64,000 nt of DNA, from positions 124,001 to 188,000 of the forward strand of contig JAANOX010000136.1 in NCBI GenBank assembly GCA_020184695.1, written 5' to 3'. Source of the stretch: Histomonas meleagridis 2922-C6/04-290x (taxonomy: Eukaryota > Protista > Parabasalia). Positions 11,840-24,072 of the stretch are shown piece by piece (within the stretch, counting starts at the first letter, position 1; every line of letters starts with the position of its first letter). The notes beneath the pieces were generated by a model. The model was not told the origin of the DNA, did no database searches, and saw nothing but the letters and a program-made list of their open reading frames with translations. The position numbers and the translations under genes are program-made.

Positions 11840-14549
11840 ATGAGGAACCAAAATGAACAAAAAACAAATTATAAAAATCAAAGTGAATGGAAAATGCTTC
11901 TTTCAATAAAACAAATAATTTTTGATTTGGATGAAGAAAATATTATTGATTCAGCGAATTTAATTATTAAACATATTGTCAATAGTAATCTAATTTCGTT
12001 TAATATGGTTATTATTCAAATAATATATCAAGCATTTGTTAAAAATTTAAATAATTTTGATTTGTATATAAAGTTTATGAAAGAAATTGAAACATTTGAG
12101 GAGAATAATAAACCAAAAATTTTTGATGTGTTCATTTGTTATCTTATTAATAAACATACACAAGAATCATATTGTCTTATTAATTATTTAATTGAACATA
12201 ATTTTTATGATTCAAAAATTGTTCAAAATTTAAAAACTCCTTATTTTATGCATTATATGTCTCAAGAAAGAATTTTATTCTTAAAAAATAATGGATTCCT
12301 TGATCAAATAAAAGATATTGAAGAACTTTCAAAGAATGATTGGGAACTTCATAAGCAATTCGTTAAAGAAGGTGTTAATCCGAATGAAATTGCAAAAATA
12401 ATTCGCAAAGATGATATAGAAAAACTTCAAGAAATATCATCACAAGAGAATTTTAATTTTAATCAAGAAATTGAACCATCACTTTATGAAAGATGTGATT
12501 ATATTAATCTAGCTTATAAAAATGTTTCATTAATTAATTATGCAGCATTTTTTTCTGCTGTTAAATGTTTTAAATATTTACTTATAAATAATGTAAATGT
12601 AAATAATACAGGTAAATATGCAGTTGCTGGTGGAAATCTCGAAATTATTCATTTATGTCAACAAAATCATTCATCATTTGAAGGTGCATATGAAGCAGCA
12701 ATTAAATTTCATCGAAATGATATCTTTAAATATATTTATGAAAATAAATTTGATATTTGTGGTAACTTAAATAGATTAGGAAAGAAATGTATTTCATATC
12801 ATAATTATGAAATTTTTATATTTTTAATTGAAGAAGGAATGAAAATTAATGATTCCACTATTACTGAAGCAGCAAAAATTGGAAATATTTTTCTTGTAAA
12901 GTCTTTTCTAAAAGAAAATCAATTTCCAAAAAGTATTTTAATATTTGCATCAGAATCAGGAAATATTGAACTTATTAAATATATATTAGATCAAAAAATA
13001 ATTAATATTAATGGTAAATATGTTTATTTATCGAAGTTGGAATATACTTGAATAATTTTGGATTTCAAAATAATATTTGGAAATTATTCAAATTATTTTA
13101 TACAGCCCTTATGAAAGCATCTATTAACAATAGAGTAGAAATAGTTAAATTACTTCTTGAGCAAGAAGAAATAGATATTAATGCAAAAGATATTCATTTG
13201 AATAATTTGATTTTTATTTTGAATAATTTTATGTTTCAAAATAATATTTGGAAATTATTTAATATATAGGATACAGCACTTATTAATGCATCTGAAAATG
13301 GTCATACAAAAATAGTAAAATTACTTCTTGAACAAGAAGGAATTGATATTAATGCTAAAGATATTTATTTGTTTTATTTGATATTTATTTTAATAATTTA
13401 GGATATCATTATAATATTTGGAAATTATTTAAATTATTTGAAACAGCACTTATGTGGGCATCTAATTATGGGCATACAGAAATAGTTAAATTACTTCTTG
13501 AACAAAAGGGAATCGATATTAATGCCAAAGATATTTATTTGTCTTATTCAATATTTATTTTAATAATTTTATATTTTAAAATAATATTTGGAAATTATTT
13601 AAATTATTTAGAACTGCACTTATGAAAGCATCTGAAAAAGGTTATATAGAAATAGTTAAATTACTTCTTGAACAAAAAAGAATTGATATTAATGATAAAG
13701 ATAATTGTTTATATTATTTAATATATATTTTAATAATTTGAAATTTTTTTTTATTCTTTGGAAATTATTCAATTTATTTAAAACTGCACTAATGCAAGCA
13801 TCGTATGATGGTCATCAAGATGTTGTCGAATTACTTCTTGAACAAAAAGGAATAATTATTAATACAAAAGATATATATTTATTTGTATTAAAATTTGGTT
13901 TAATGATTTAATATTATATAATTATTTTTGGAAATCATTCAAATCATTTGCAACTTCACTTATGTATACATCTACTTTTAATTACCTCGAAATAACGAAA
14001 ATACTTCTTGAAATAAAAGTAATTGATATTAATAATAAAGATATTTTTTAGTTTTATTTAATATTTATTTATGTAAATCAAAATTTTCGAATAACATTTG
14101 GAGGTTATTCAAATTATTTTATACAGCACTTATGCTTTCATCTAAAAAAGGTAATACAGAAATTGTTAAATTAATTTTGGAACAAGAAGGAATTGATATT
14201 AATTCTAAAAATATTTTTGTGTTTTCCTTAGTATTGGTATTTATAATTTAATGTTAAACAATAATGTTTGAAATTTTTTAAAAATAATTAGAACAGCACT
14301 TATGATTGCAACTAGAAATAACCACAAAGAAATTGTCAAATTACTTCTCGAACAAGAAGGAATTGATATTAATATCAAAGATATTTATTTGTTTTATTTC
14401 ATATTTGTTATCAAAATTTGATATTTCAAAATAATATTTGAAAATTATTTAAATCATTTAACACAGCACTTTCAATTGCTTGCCAAAAAGGCTTTATAGA
14501 AATTGTTAAACTATTTAATGAATTTAAATCAAATAAAATGATAAAATAA
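11840..14549 (+). CDS. DUF3447-ankyrin repeat protein, locus 2; 698 aa after removing 36 inserts (35 x 17 nt, 1 x 18 nt)
   Basis: TAL motifs at 13102, 13273, 13443, 13613, 13783, 13953, 14123, 14293, 14463. Rebuilt loops: GWGY, DYGD, DRGE, NYGR, NEGK, KNGA, NKGY, SNER, HDEN. TAA at 14547-14549. Confidence 0.85.
13022..14459 (+). other. Array of 17-nt inserts and single-codon micro-exons (9 clusters of 4)
   Basis: Exact 170-nt spacing (once 171) despite divergent insert sequences. Confidence 0.9.
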
Positions 14550-14785
14550 CATATATTCCTAATAGGAAACATTTTTTTAATAAATGATTAATAGAGATAA
14601 TTTCTAATTTTGTTCATTCAATAACCAAAAATATTTTTAACAAAAAAGGCGGTATTTGAATAGAAAGCGATCGCTGTTTGACACTTTTATCATTTAACAC
14701 GAAGTGTTTTTGATTGTGAAAATTTGAGGTGTTTGTCTGGTTTTGTGAACCATGGTATAAATTGTGAATAAAATCTTAAAAAAAA

Positions 14786-17700
14786 ATGTGCCTCTGTAAT
14801 AAGACACGTGCAGAAAACATAAGAAATCTTCTTCCTCCGTTCATTAGAAATGAAATACCACGAGAAGAAAAGGAATGGAAGGAAGCAATATTCACAAATT
14901 TGCCAAAAGCGATCCAAAAAGGGGATCCACGCGAAATTGATTTTTGGCTTTCAGAAGTTGATGTCTTTAATACCATTGAAACATATTCATATGAAAAAGA
15001 AGAATTAGAAAAGCTGTTTCAAATTTTGTATGATTTTTTAATTAAATCAGAAGACATGAATCTTGTAGTAGTTTCCATGACTTTAATAATTTCCATGATT
15101 GATCCTGAACAAGTTGAATTAAACATTTCTGTTGATTGGAGGCCATTATATAAGCTTTTGTATAATTCTTCCTTATCACATTCTAAAACAAAAGTCAAGA
15201 ATTATCCAGCAACTCTTTCCGACATCTTAATAACATTTATTCGGTTATGTCGAAATTATTTTTCCGAATCATCAACAGATGAAATGTTAGCAGAATGGTC
15301 TGACATGTTAAATCCACAACTTCCATCCTTTATAATTGGCCAATGTTTATTATCTTTATTTTTGCCAGTTCAATGGGGCCAACATACTAAATGGGTTGAA
15401 AAGTTATTAAATTTATGGTCACTTTATCATTCTGAACAATATGACTTTCAATTTTTCACGTTATTTGCACGACTTTCACGATTTGGTTATACTGATATTC
15501 CATGGGATCGAATTTTGCCATTTATATTTAACATTGTTTGTAAGTACTTAGGACTGCCCACATCATTATTACAGACCCAAATTCAGCCAATCAACAATTA
15601 TCCCTATGAAAAGTATAATATCTTTTTTAAAGATTGTGAATTGACTTTATCCATTTTAAATTATTTTTCGATGATAATCATAAATTTATTAACAGGTGAA
15701 ACAAAAGAATTAGTTCAATCATATATTGAACGACTTTTACATTTAATTTCACCATTTTGTGCAGCCACATTACAAAATGAAGATGAAGAACAAAGTGAAT
15801 TACCAATTAATATGTTAAATGCAATCATTTCATCATATCTCTCTCGCTACCTAAAAGAGAAGAAATATGGATCAAGACTTGAACATTTAACACAAGAAGA
15901 TACTGAATGGATTGTCTCCAAAATATTACCGTCAGTATTAATCGAACTATTTCATGAAGATCCACAATTTGATAGTCTTAAAGAAATAGTACAATTTTGT
16001 CCACAAATGACAATATTACCCATTTTAAATTATGTCCAGAACTCATTTGAATATGAACATTTTAGACAAGGTGCATATCAAACATTAGCATCAATAGCAC
16101 CAACAATTATATATACTAATGAAGGATTAATAGAATTCATGTCAATTGTTGAACATTATTTACCAGAAGATATTAATTTTATGGATATATCAAAAACTTC
16201 AAGTACATTTACTTTATTAATAATAATTTCAACTTTAAAGAAATTCACTGAAGAAAATGAATTCTTCTTAATGAACGTTACTGAGAAATGTTTATTATTT
16301 GCTGAACATGCTATAGGTAAAGATTTCGAAGATAGTTTAAATGAACTTTTAACGATGTTTACTGTATTAATTAAGGCTACACCAATGGATATAGCTGCTA
16401 AAATGGCACATATGATTCGAAGGAATTATGAAACATTATCTGATAAAGGATTAAGGATATTAATTGAAGCAACTGAGAAATATGCAATTAATGAATTTAA
16501 AGATATTGGATTAAAAGCATCGAACTTAAAGGAATTATTAATATTAGAATCATTAATTAAACAAAACTTAGATTTTACAATTGAAAACATAGAAGAAATT
16601 AAACAAAAGTTAATTTCAGCATTAGAAAATACTGATAAATTAATGAATAGAAGAGCAATTTTAATTATAAAATGGATATTAAAGAATTTCTTAAATATAT
16701 ATCCAAAAGTACCTATTAATCAAGGTTATGTATCTATTAATAAAGTTAGAATTCCATGGCATATACCAACAGAACAAGAAATTAATCTAAGTAATGATTT
16801 AATTAATTTCTTTTATGAATATGCACAGAAAAAAATGGAGACAAAACAATTACAAGATTATAAAGTATCAATATTATTAATACGTGGATTATTAAAAGGT
16901 ATGGTTTCATGTGTATCAGATTCAGATTTATCACCCGAATATGAAAATGTTAATATGATTCAACCTAAATTAACAAAATTCAAAATAAAAATATTTGCCG
17001 AACATTATGAAACTTTAATGAATAAATTAATTGATTTAATCGAAACTGAAAATATTCATTATCGAATTATTAAATGGATATTTGAAGCTATAGCATGTGT
17101 AATCATTCCACGAGATCCGATATGTCAAAGTATCGAATTTATCATGAATGAATATCAAGGACAATCATCATTAACTAAACTTGATATTATATTAGATCCT
17201 AATGAATCCAAAACATATTTTATTTTATATTGTAAATCAATGCATTTATTTGGTATTCGACAATCATTAGCACAAATTATATTAACTAAAATATCTAAAA
17301 ATATAATACCACGAATATATAAATTTATTGTTCATCCACATGTAAATGTACGAGAATATGTATCTGTAGTATATCAAGCGATTACTACACATTTTAAGAC
17401 GCAATTTATATATTTATTAAAAGATTCAATTAAACAATTATCGAAACCAGATTTAACACCAGATGAATTAATGGGTATATGTTCAGCAGCTGCTACATCA
17501 TTAGCTAATTTCCCATTAAATTTAGAAACAATCGAAATATTAGCAGAGGCTTCAATCTCTATATGTTCATTATTACCGAAAGATTTACCAGATGATTCAC
17601 CACGTTCTTTAAGACAAGTTATAGTATTAATGTTTGATCAAATTGATCCATGTAATCCATATTTATCCAAAGAAAAGTTTTATGAAATTAGAATGAAAAT

Positions 17701-19618
17701 GGCAAATGAAGCAATGATTAAACATGCACAATATCCAGCAAGTAGAGAAGTCCAAAATTATGCAGCAGCTATAGTATGTTCAGTAATTAATGGTGTTCCA
17801 TCATTAATTACATATCAATTATATTCATTTATAATATCAATTTTATCAACAGATGATAATTTAGTTCGTGATTGTATTATCCAATTATTACCAGAAATGA
17901 TTGAGAATTTAATTCCAAGAGTTAATCGACCGAAAGGTAATAAAGTAACACAAGTTATACCTGAAAATTATGATTTTGTAGAATTTAAAGATAGACCTTA
18001 TATTAATCAAGCTAAATATCAACCTAAGTTTTTAACAAGAGAAGAATTATATGATGAAAATGTTATGAAAATTTATTATCCTAATGATTATGATGAAAGA
18101 ATTAAAATCCATAAAATGTTATTCGAAAAGATTTTGGATGATAATTCAATCATTGATTTATTTGTTAATGAATTAATCGATGCACAAGTACATAAAGAAG
18201 AAACATTTGCTAAAAGTAGAGTAATATTTTGGACAACATTATCCCGATTTTTCGGAATTAAATTTATCTCTAAAATGATAAAACGAATTAAAAACATATT
18301 AAAGAATACACCAAATACTGCACAACATGTAATAGCAGCAGAAATATTTAGTGGTTGTTTACATTCTATTAAAAGTCGAACATATAATGAAATTGATAAA
18401 ATCGCAAAAATTATAAATCCATTTATTACATTTTTATTAGAAGAAATTGATTCCGAATTTCATTCATTATGGTATTATTCATTTTATTCAACTATGTTAG
18501 ACTTTGATCCACGTCGATTGTTTTGGGTATATGAACATTTAATACAATGTCTACCAAACACAGATAACAATTTAAGTTTAAAGGATTTACGAATTATATC
18601 ATTAATAACAGATATCATTTTAGATATAAGTTATTACATCCCTAAATATACAAAAGATGTCGAAGATATAATATATAAAACATTATTTAATAAAGAAGCA
18701 ATCGAATTAGAAACAATTCGAGAATGTTCAATACGTTCATTATCATCAATGTTAGGATTAACATTTGATATTGAATTAAAAGGTAATTCAGAAGAATCGA
18801 TAAATTTATTAGAGCGATTTATCACTAATTCTAATGAATTATTAATCACTCGTTGGTTATGTGGTGAATTTGCATCACAATCAATCAGTAGTTTATCAGC
18901 AGGAAGATTTGTATTAAATCATTTAAGTGAATATTCGAATATGTTAATTGATAAAGATGAAAATGAAGAGAAAATGATACGAACTGCATTATTAAGTTGT
19001 TTATCATTAAATTGGATTGGATCTATATGTCGGAATCCAATTACATTTGATGAAGTTAATGAATTAATTGATAATATGTTAGAACAATTATCACCTTCAG
19101 ATCATCCTTGGCAAGTCCAAACTATTTTATTATTATTATGTGAATCATTTTTATCATCTATTTTCTTTTATATTGATGATACTGTATTAGAAGGTTTAAT
19201 TGCTGATATCGTATTACCTTGTTTAATGGATTCACATCCTGATGTACAAGATGCATCTTCACAACTATTGAATTTTATTGTGAAAGGTTCTTCAATATTA
19301 GTCGATAAGTTACCTTATATAGTAAATATTTTGGTGAATAAATTAAGAAATAAAGATTCTTTGCCTGATAGAATTGCTGGCGCAAAAGGGTTATGCGCAA
19401 TTATATCAGGAACTTTTCTGTTTAATGACGTGCCTCAATATATAATAGACGCTTTCTCAGCTCTATCAGACGCGTTGGAAATAGATTCGTCAGTAGAAGG
19501 AATAATTTCGCAGTTCTTCTCTGACTTTTGGGCTTTGTATGATAATAATTTGATGAAAAATATCGCAGAAACTTTGGCACCTTATAGAGCTTCATTAAGA
19601 CCATCATATTTCTGCTAA
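14786..19618 (+). CDS. Proteasome activator PA200/Blm10 (PSME4)-like protein
   Basis: 1610-aa HEAT-like ORF with VDWRPLY, IPWHIPT, HVIAAEIFSG, DRIAGAKGL and C-terminal ...RPSYFC, matching the Blm10/PA200 C-terminal S-Y-aromatic-X docking motif. Confidence 0.85.
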   Translation: MCLCNKTRAENIRNLLPPFIRNEIPREEKEWKEAIFTNLPKAIQKGDPREIDFWLSEVDVFNTIETYSYEKEELEKLFQILYDFLIKSEDMNLVVVSMTLIISMIDPEQVELNISVDWRPLYKLLYNSSLSHSKTKVKNYPATLSDILITFIRLCRNYFSESSTDEMLAEWSDMLNPQLPSFIIGQCLLSLFLPVQWGQHTKWVEKLLNLWSLYHSEQYDFQFFTLFARLSRFGYTDIPWDRILPFIFNIVCKYLGLPTSLLQTQIQPINNYPYEKYNIFFKDCELTLSILNYFSMIIINLLTGETKELVQSYIERLLHLISPFCAATLQNEDEEQSELPINMLNAIISSYLSRYLKEKKYGSRLEHLTQEDTEWIVSKILPSVLIELFHEDPQFDSLKEIVQFCPQMTILPILNYVQNSFEYEHFRQGAYQTLASIAPTIIYTNEGLIEFMSIVEHYLPEDINFMDISKTSSTFTLLIIISTLKKFTEENEFFLMNVTEKCLLFAEHAIGKDFEDSLNELLTMFTVLIKATPMDIAAKMAHMIRRNYETLSDKGLRILIEATEKYAINEFKDIGLKASNLKELLILESLIKQNLDFTIENIEEIKQKLISALENTDKLMNRRAILIIKWILKNFLNIYPKVPINQGYVSINKVRIPWHIPTEQEINLSNDLINFFYEYAQKKMETKQLQDYKVSILLIRGLLKGMVSCVSDSDLSPEYENVNMIQPKLTKFKIKIFAEHYETLMNKLIDLIETENIHYRIIKWIFEAIACVIIPRDPICQSIEFIMNEYQGQSSLTKLDIILDPNESKTYFILYCKSMHLFGIRQSLAQIILTKISKNIIPRIYKFIVHPHVNVREYVSVVYQAITTHFKTQFIYLLKDSIKQLSKPDLTPDELMGICSAAATSLANFPLNLETIEILAEASISICSLLPKDLPDDSPRSLRQVIVLMFDQIDPCNPYLSKEKFYEIRMKMANEAMIKHAQYPASREVQNYAAAIVCSVINGVPSLITYQLYSFIISILSTDDNLVRDCIIQLLPEMIENLIPRVNRPKGNKVTQVIPENYDFVEFKDRPYINQAKYQPKFLTREELYDENVMKIYYPNDYDERIKIHKMLFEKILDDNSIIDLFVNELIDAQVHKEETFAKSRVIFWTTLSRFFGIKFISKMIKRIKNILKNTPNTAQHVIAAEIFSGCLHSIKSRTYNEIDKIAKIINPFITFLLEEIDSEFHSLWYYSFYSTMLDFDPRRLFWVYEHLIQCLPNTDNNLSLKDLRIISLITDIILDISYYIPKYTKDVEDIIYKTLFNKEAIELETIRECSIRSLSSMLGLTFDIELKGNSEESINLLERFITNSNELLITRWLCGEFASQSISSLSAGRFVLNHLSEYSNMLIDKDENEEKMIRTALLSCLSLNWIGSICRNPITFDEVNELIDNMLEQLSPSDHPWQVQTILLLLCESFLSSIFFYIDDTVLEGLIADIVLPCLMDSHPDVQDASSQLLNFIVKGSSILVDKLPYIVNILVNKLRNKDSLPDRIAGAKGLCAIISGTFLFNDVPQYIIDAFSALSDALEIDSSVEGIISQFFSDFWALYDNNLMKNIAETLAPYRASLRPSYFC

Positions 19619-19802
19619 GAAGATTAAATTTAATAAAAATAAAATATTATGAACTTTTGTTGAACTAAAAAAAAATTATTATAAAAATTCTTCAAATTGT
19701 GTTCACAAATTTAAATTATGAAATTCGTTCATCGCTTTTTTAGAAGTTTATGTTAAAAATTCATTAGAAAAGATTTCAGTAAAAATAATTCATGAAAAAA
19801 TG

Positions 19803-20044
19803 CTATTGTGATTTATTAATTTTGTTGGATTTTGGCAATACTGAATGCTCTAGAAGTAATTTGGATATTTCTGTGTAATCATTTTCAGATACATAAGCAA
19901 GTGCAGTTTTAAATATTTCAAATATTTTCCAAATTTTACTTTTAAACATCGAATTATATAATTAAAAACCAAATCAAAATGATAAATAACATGGTGTTTA
20001 TATAAATTTATCTATAAGAATGAAAATAAGGGCATTTGATCATT
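19803..20044 (-). pseudogene. Degenerate and orphan ankyrin repeats downstream of the locus 3 stop
   Basis: One decayed repeat with in-frame TAA/TAG, then a clean 4-insert cluster (G-D-G-K-TAL) and a final repeat ending at TAG 19803-19805. Confidence 0.6.
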
Positions 20045-22788
20045 TTAGCTTAAAATACAATCATTGGTTTTCGAAAATATTTTGAATGAATTTCAAATTA
20101 TTAATATAAATTTTAAACAAAATAAATAAAATTTGTTAGCATTACTATTGTTTTGAAATTCAAGAAGCAAATTGGCAATTGTAGTATTTCCTTTATTATT
20201 CGCATACATTACTGCTGTCATAAATTAAATAAATAATTTCCAAATACTATTTTGAAATAGAAAATTATTAAAATAAATTTTAAATAAAACAAATAAATAT
20301 CTTTAGCATTAATATCAATTCCTTCTTGTTCAAGAAGTAATTTAACTATTTCTACATTATTGTTCATAGATGCAATAATAATTGCTGTTTCAAATGTTTT
20401 AAATAATTTCCAAACATTAAAATGAAAATTTAAATATATCTTATAAATATCAAATAAAATAAACAAATATTTTTAGCATTGATATCAATTCCTTTATGTT
20501 TAAGAAGTAATTTAACTATTTCTATCTTAGAAATTTGAGATTTAGTCATTTGTTCTTGAAATAATTTGAAGAACCTCCAAATTTTGTTTTGAAATTTTAT
20601 ATCAAAAGAATAAATCGCATTTTTATTCCTTTTCTGTATGAGATTTAGAAGAAAGTTCGAATAATCTTTATTAGATAAAACCATAAGTCCTGTATTAAAT
20701 GATCAAAATAATTTCCGAATATTATTTAAAAACATAAAATTAATTAAAATAACAATATCCTTAGTATTAACATCAATTCCTTCTTGTTCGAGAAGTAATT
20801 TAGAAATTTCCGTTTTATTATCTTTTATTGATATTATAAGTGGTGTTCTACATAATTTAGATAATTTCCAAATATAAATTTAAAATTTCAAATCATTAAA
20901 TTAAATATTGAATCAAAAAATCTAATATCTTTGGTATTAAGATCTGTTCTTTTTTGTTCAAGAAATATTTTAACTATTTTTGTATTACCTTTACATGTTG
21001 CAATCATAAGCGGAGTTTGAAATATTTTAAATAATTTCCAAATTTTTTATTGAAAAATCAAATGATTAAATTAAATGTTATACAAAATATTTAAACATTT
21101 TTAACATTAATATCAGTTCTTTTTTGTTCAAGAAATATTTTAACTATTTTTGTATTACCTATACATGTTGCAATCATAAGCGGAGTTTGAAATATTTTAA
21201 ATAATTTCCAAATTTTTTATTGAAAAATCAAATGATTAAATTAAATGTTATACAAAATATTTAAACATTTTTAACATTAATATCAGTTCTTTTTTGTTCA
21301 AGAAATATTTTAACTATTTCTGTATTACCTTTTTCTGTTGCTAAAATAAGTGCTGTATCAAATAATTTTGACAATTTCCAAATCTTATTTTGAAATATAA
21401 AACTATTAAAACAAAATCTAAACAAATTAATTAAATATCTTTAGCGTTGATATCAATTCCTTCTTGTTCAAGAAGTAATTTAACAGTTTCTATATGACCT
21501 TTTTCAGATGCAAACATAAGTGCAGTTCTAAATATTTTAAATAATTTCCAAATATTATAATGATATCCTAAATTAGTAAAATAAATATCAAATAAAACAA
21601 ATAAATATCTTTAGCATTAATATCAATTCCTTTTTGTTCAAGAAGTAATTTCATTAATTCTATATTACCTTTTTCAGTTGCAAACATAAGTGCTGTTTTA
21701 AATATTTCAAATAATTTCCAAATGTTCTTGTAAAATTTCAAATTATTTCAATAAATTTCAAATAAAAAAAATAAATACCTTTAGTATTAATATCAATTCC
21801 TTTTCGTTCAAGAAGTAATTTCAGTAACTCACTGTTTGTATTTTTAGATGCAATAATGAATGGTGAGTTAAATAATTTAAGTGATTTCCATATATCAAAA
21901 ACATATTTTAAATTATAAAAATATAAAACATCTTTAGTATTAATTTCAATTTTCTTTTGTTTAAGAAGCAACTTAACTATTTCCATATGATTACTTAAAA
22001 ATGCCCACATAAGTGCTGTTTTAAATATTTTTAATAAATTTTAAATATTATTTTGAAATATAAAATTATTAAAATAAATATCAAATAAAACAAATAAATA
22101 TCTTTAGCATTAATATCAATTCCTTCTTGTTCAAGAAGTAATTTAACTATTTCTGTATGACCATATGCAGATGCCAAAATAAGTGCTGTACAAAATAATT
22201 TAAACAATCTCCAAATATTAATTTAAAATATTCCAAAATTATAAAAATAAATTTTAAATAAAATGAATAAATATCTTTAGCATTAATATCAATTCCTTCT
22301 TGTTCAAGAAGTAATTTAACTATTTCTGTGTAACCATTTTCAGATGCTAAAATAAGTGCTGTTTTAAATATTTTAAATAATTTCCAAATATTATAATGAT
22401 ATCCTAAATTAGTAAAATAAAGAAAAAATAAAACATATAAATATCTTTAGCATTAATATCAATTTCTTTTTGTTCAAGAAGTAATTTAACGATTTCTGTA
22501 TAACCAATTTCAGAAGCTAAGATTAATGCTGTAATAAACAATTTGAATAATTTTCACATTATATTATGTTTAAATTAAGTAAAATTATTAAAATAAGCTT
22601 TAAATAAAACAAAGAAATTTTTTTAAAATTGATATCAATACCTTTTTGTTCGAGAAGTAATTTAACTATTGATATATAACCTTTTTCAGATGCTAAAATA
22701 AGTGCTGTTTTAAATAATTTAAAGAATTTCCAAATATTATATTGAAATATCAAATTATAAAAATAAATCGAATGATATTATAGTGAAC
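19911..22788 (-). other. Array of 17-nt inserts and single-codon micro-exons (about 18 clusters)
   Basis: TAL-position spacings of 176, 170, 173, 170, 153, six of 170, and 153 nt, all equal to 17n plus whole codons. Confidence 0.9.
19986..20353. repeat. 368-bp near-identical copy of 28592..28959
   Basis: Direct comparison shows one mismatch (caaattattaat vs caaatcattaat); offset 8606. Confidence 0.9.
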
Positions 22789-24033
22789 ATCATATGTATT
22801 GATATCAATTTCTTCTTGATTTAATATATATTTAATAAGTTCTATATTTCGTGATTCCAAAGACCTAAGGAATACACTATTTGTACAAGTGCTATTTTTG
22901 AGTAAATGCTTAACAAGATATAAATTACCAATTTCCACAGAGTTTTCCATAATAATATTAACAAATTTGGAGCTTTTTTCTTCCAAAAATGGAATAATTT
23001 CATAATTTCCATATAAAACGCTTAAATATCCCAAGTTCTCAATTTCTTTCACGTTATTTACATCTAATTTTTCCAAATTATTTTCATAAACATAATGAAA
23101 GATATCATTTCGATGAAATTGTATTGCTGCTTCATATACACCTTTAAATGATGAATGATTTTGTTCGCATAAATGAATAATTTCAAGATTTCCACCTGCA
23201 ACAGCATATTTACCTGTGCTTTTAATATTGGCACCATTCATAAGTAAATACTTAAAGCATTTAATTGATCCAAAAAATGCTGCAAAATCAATTAATGAAA
23301 TACTATTTTTATTAATAAAATCATAACTTTCATAAAGCGATGGATAAATTTTTAGATTAAAACAAAAATCATTTTGTGATGATATTTCTTGAAATTTTTC
23401 TATTTCATCATTTCTAATTAATATTGAGATTTCATTTGGATTAACTCCTTCTTTAATTAACTTCTTATGAAGTTCGAAATCATTTTTTGAAAGAGAATCA
23501 TAATTAGATCTAAAACTATTCTCAATTGTACTATAATCATATGAACTTTTATTTTCAAAAATTGTTTTGTATTGTGCAAAAAATTTAGTTGGAAGACCTT
23601 TAATAATATCTGTACCAACCAAATTTTCTTCAATCATTTTCGCAATCAGAAAAAATGATTCTTGTGTTGTTGGATGAGTTAGAAATATTGAAAAAATTTC
23701 AGTAATCTTATAAATGTTTTTGTCAATTTCTTCTTCTTTTTTTTGAATTGTTTTAATAAAGTTTATATATGTATCAATCGATTTCTTTCTTGAATAATAT
23801 GCTGCATAAACTAAATTACTTACAACTAAATTAAATGAATATGGCGAATCTGAATCAAACAAATTCATTGTTTGTTGAACTGTTAAATCAAAATTTTCTT
23901 CAGTTAAATTTAAAATAATTTGTGAAAGTGAAGAAAGTATTTTCATGCCACCATCCTTAGAATCATTTTTGCTCTTAGTTAAATTTGTGATAATGTTTTC
24001 TTCCATATCTTTTACTTGTGATTTTTTTGTCAT
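20045..24033 (-). CDS. DUF3447-ankyrin repeat protein, locus 3; 966 aa after removing 64 x 17-nt inserts
   Basis: DUF3447 N-terminus, then about 16 ankyrin repeats. 3989-1088=2901 nt in frame. Loops include SDGK, FRGK, EEGK, DRGR, RYGD, NDGQ, NEGR. Confidence 0.8.
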
Positions 24034-24072
24034 AACACTTTTGTGATAAATAATTCAATTTTTGAATGCCTT

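Noticed and set aside
13022-14459. Single 68-nt intron, canonical GT-AG introns, or a hairpin/pseudoknot in each loop
   Set aside because: No conserved GT-AG or ACTAAC; the conserved Gly codon lies inside the interval; 46- and 63-nt variants need 17-nt units; apparent base-pairing is weak, expected in very AT-rich DNA and not conserved in loci 4 and 7.
13022-14459. CRISPR-like array or MITE insertions
   Set aside because: The periodicity is ankyrin coding repeats; inserts have no terminal inverted repeats or target-site duplications and no cas or transposase gene is present.
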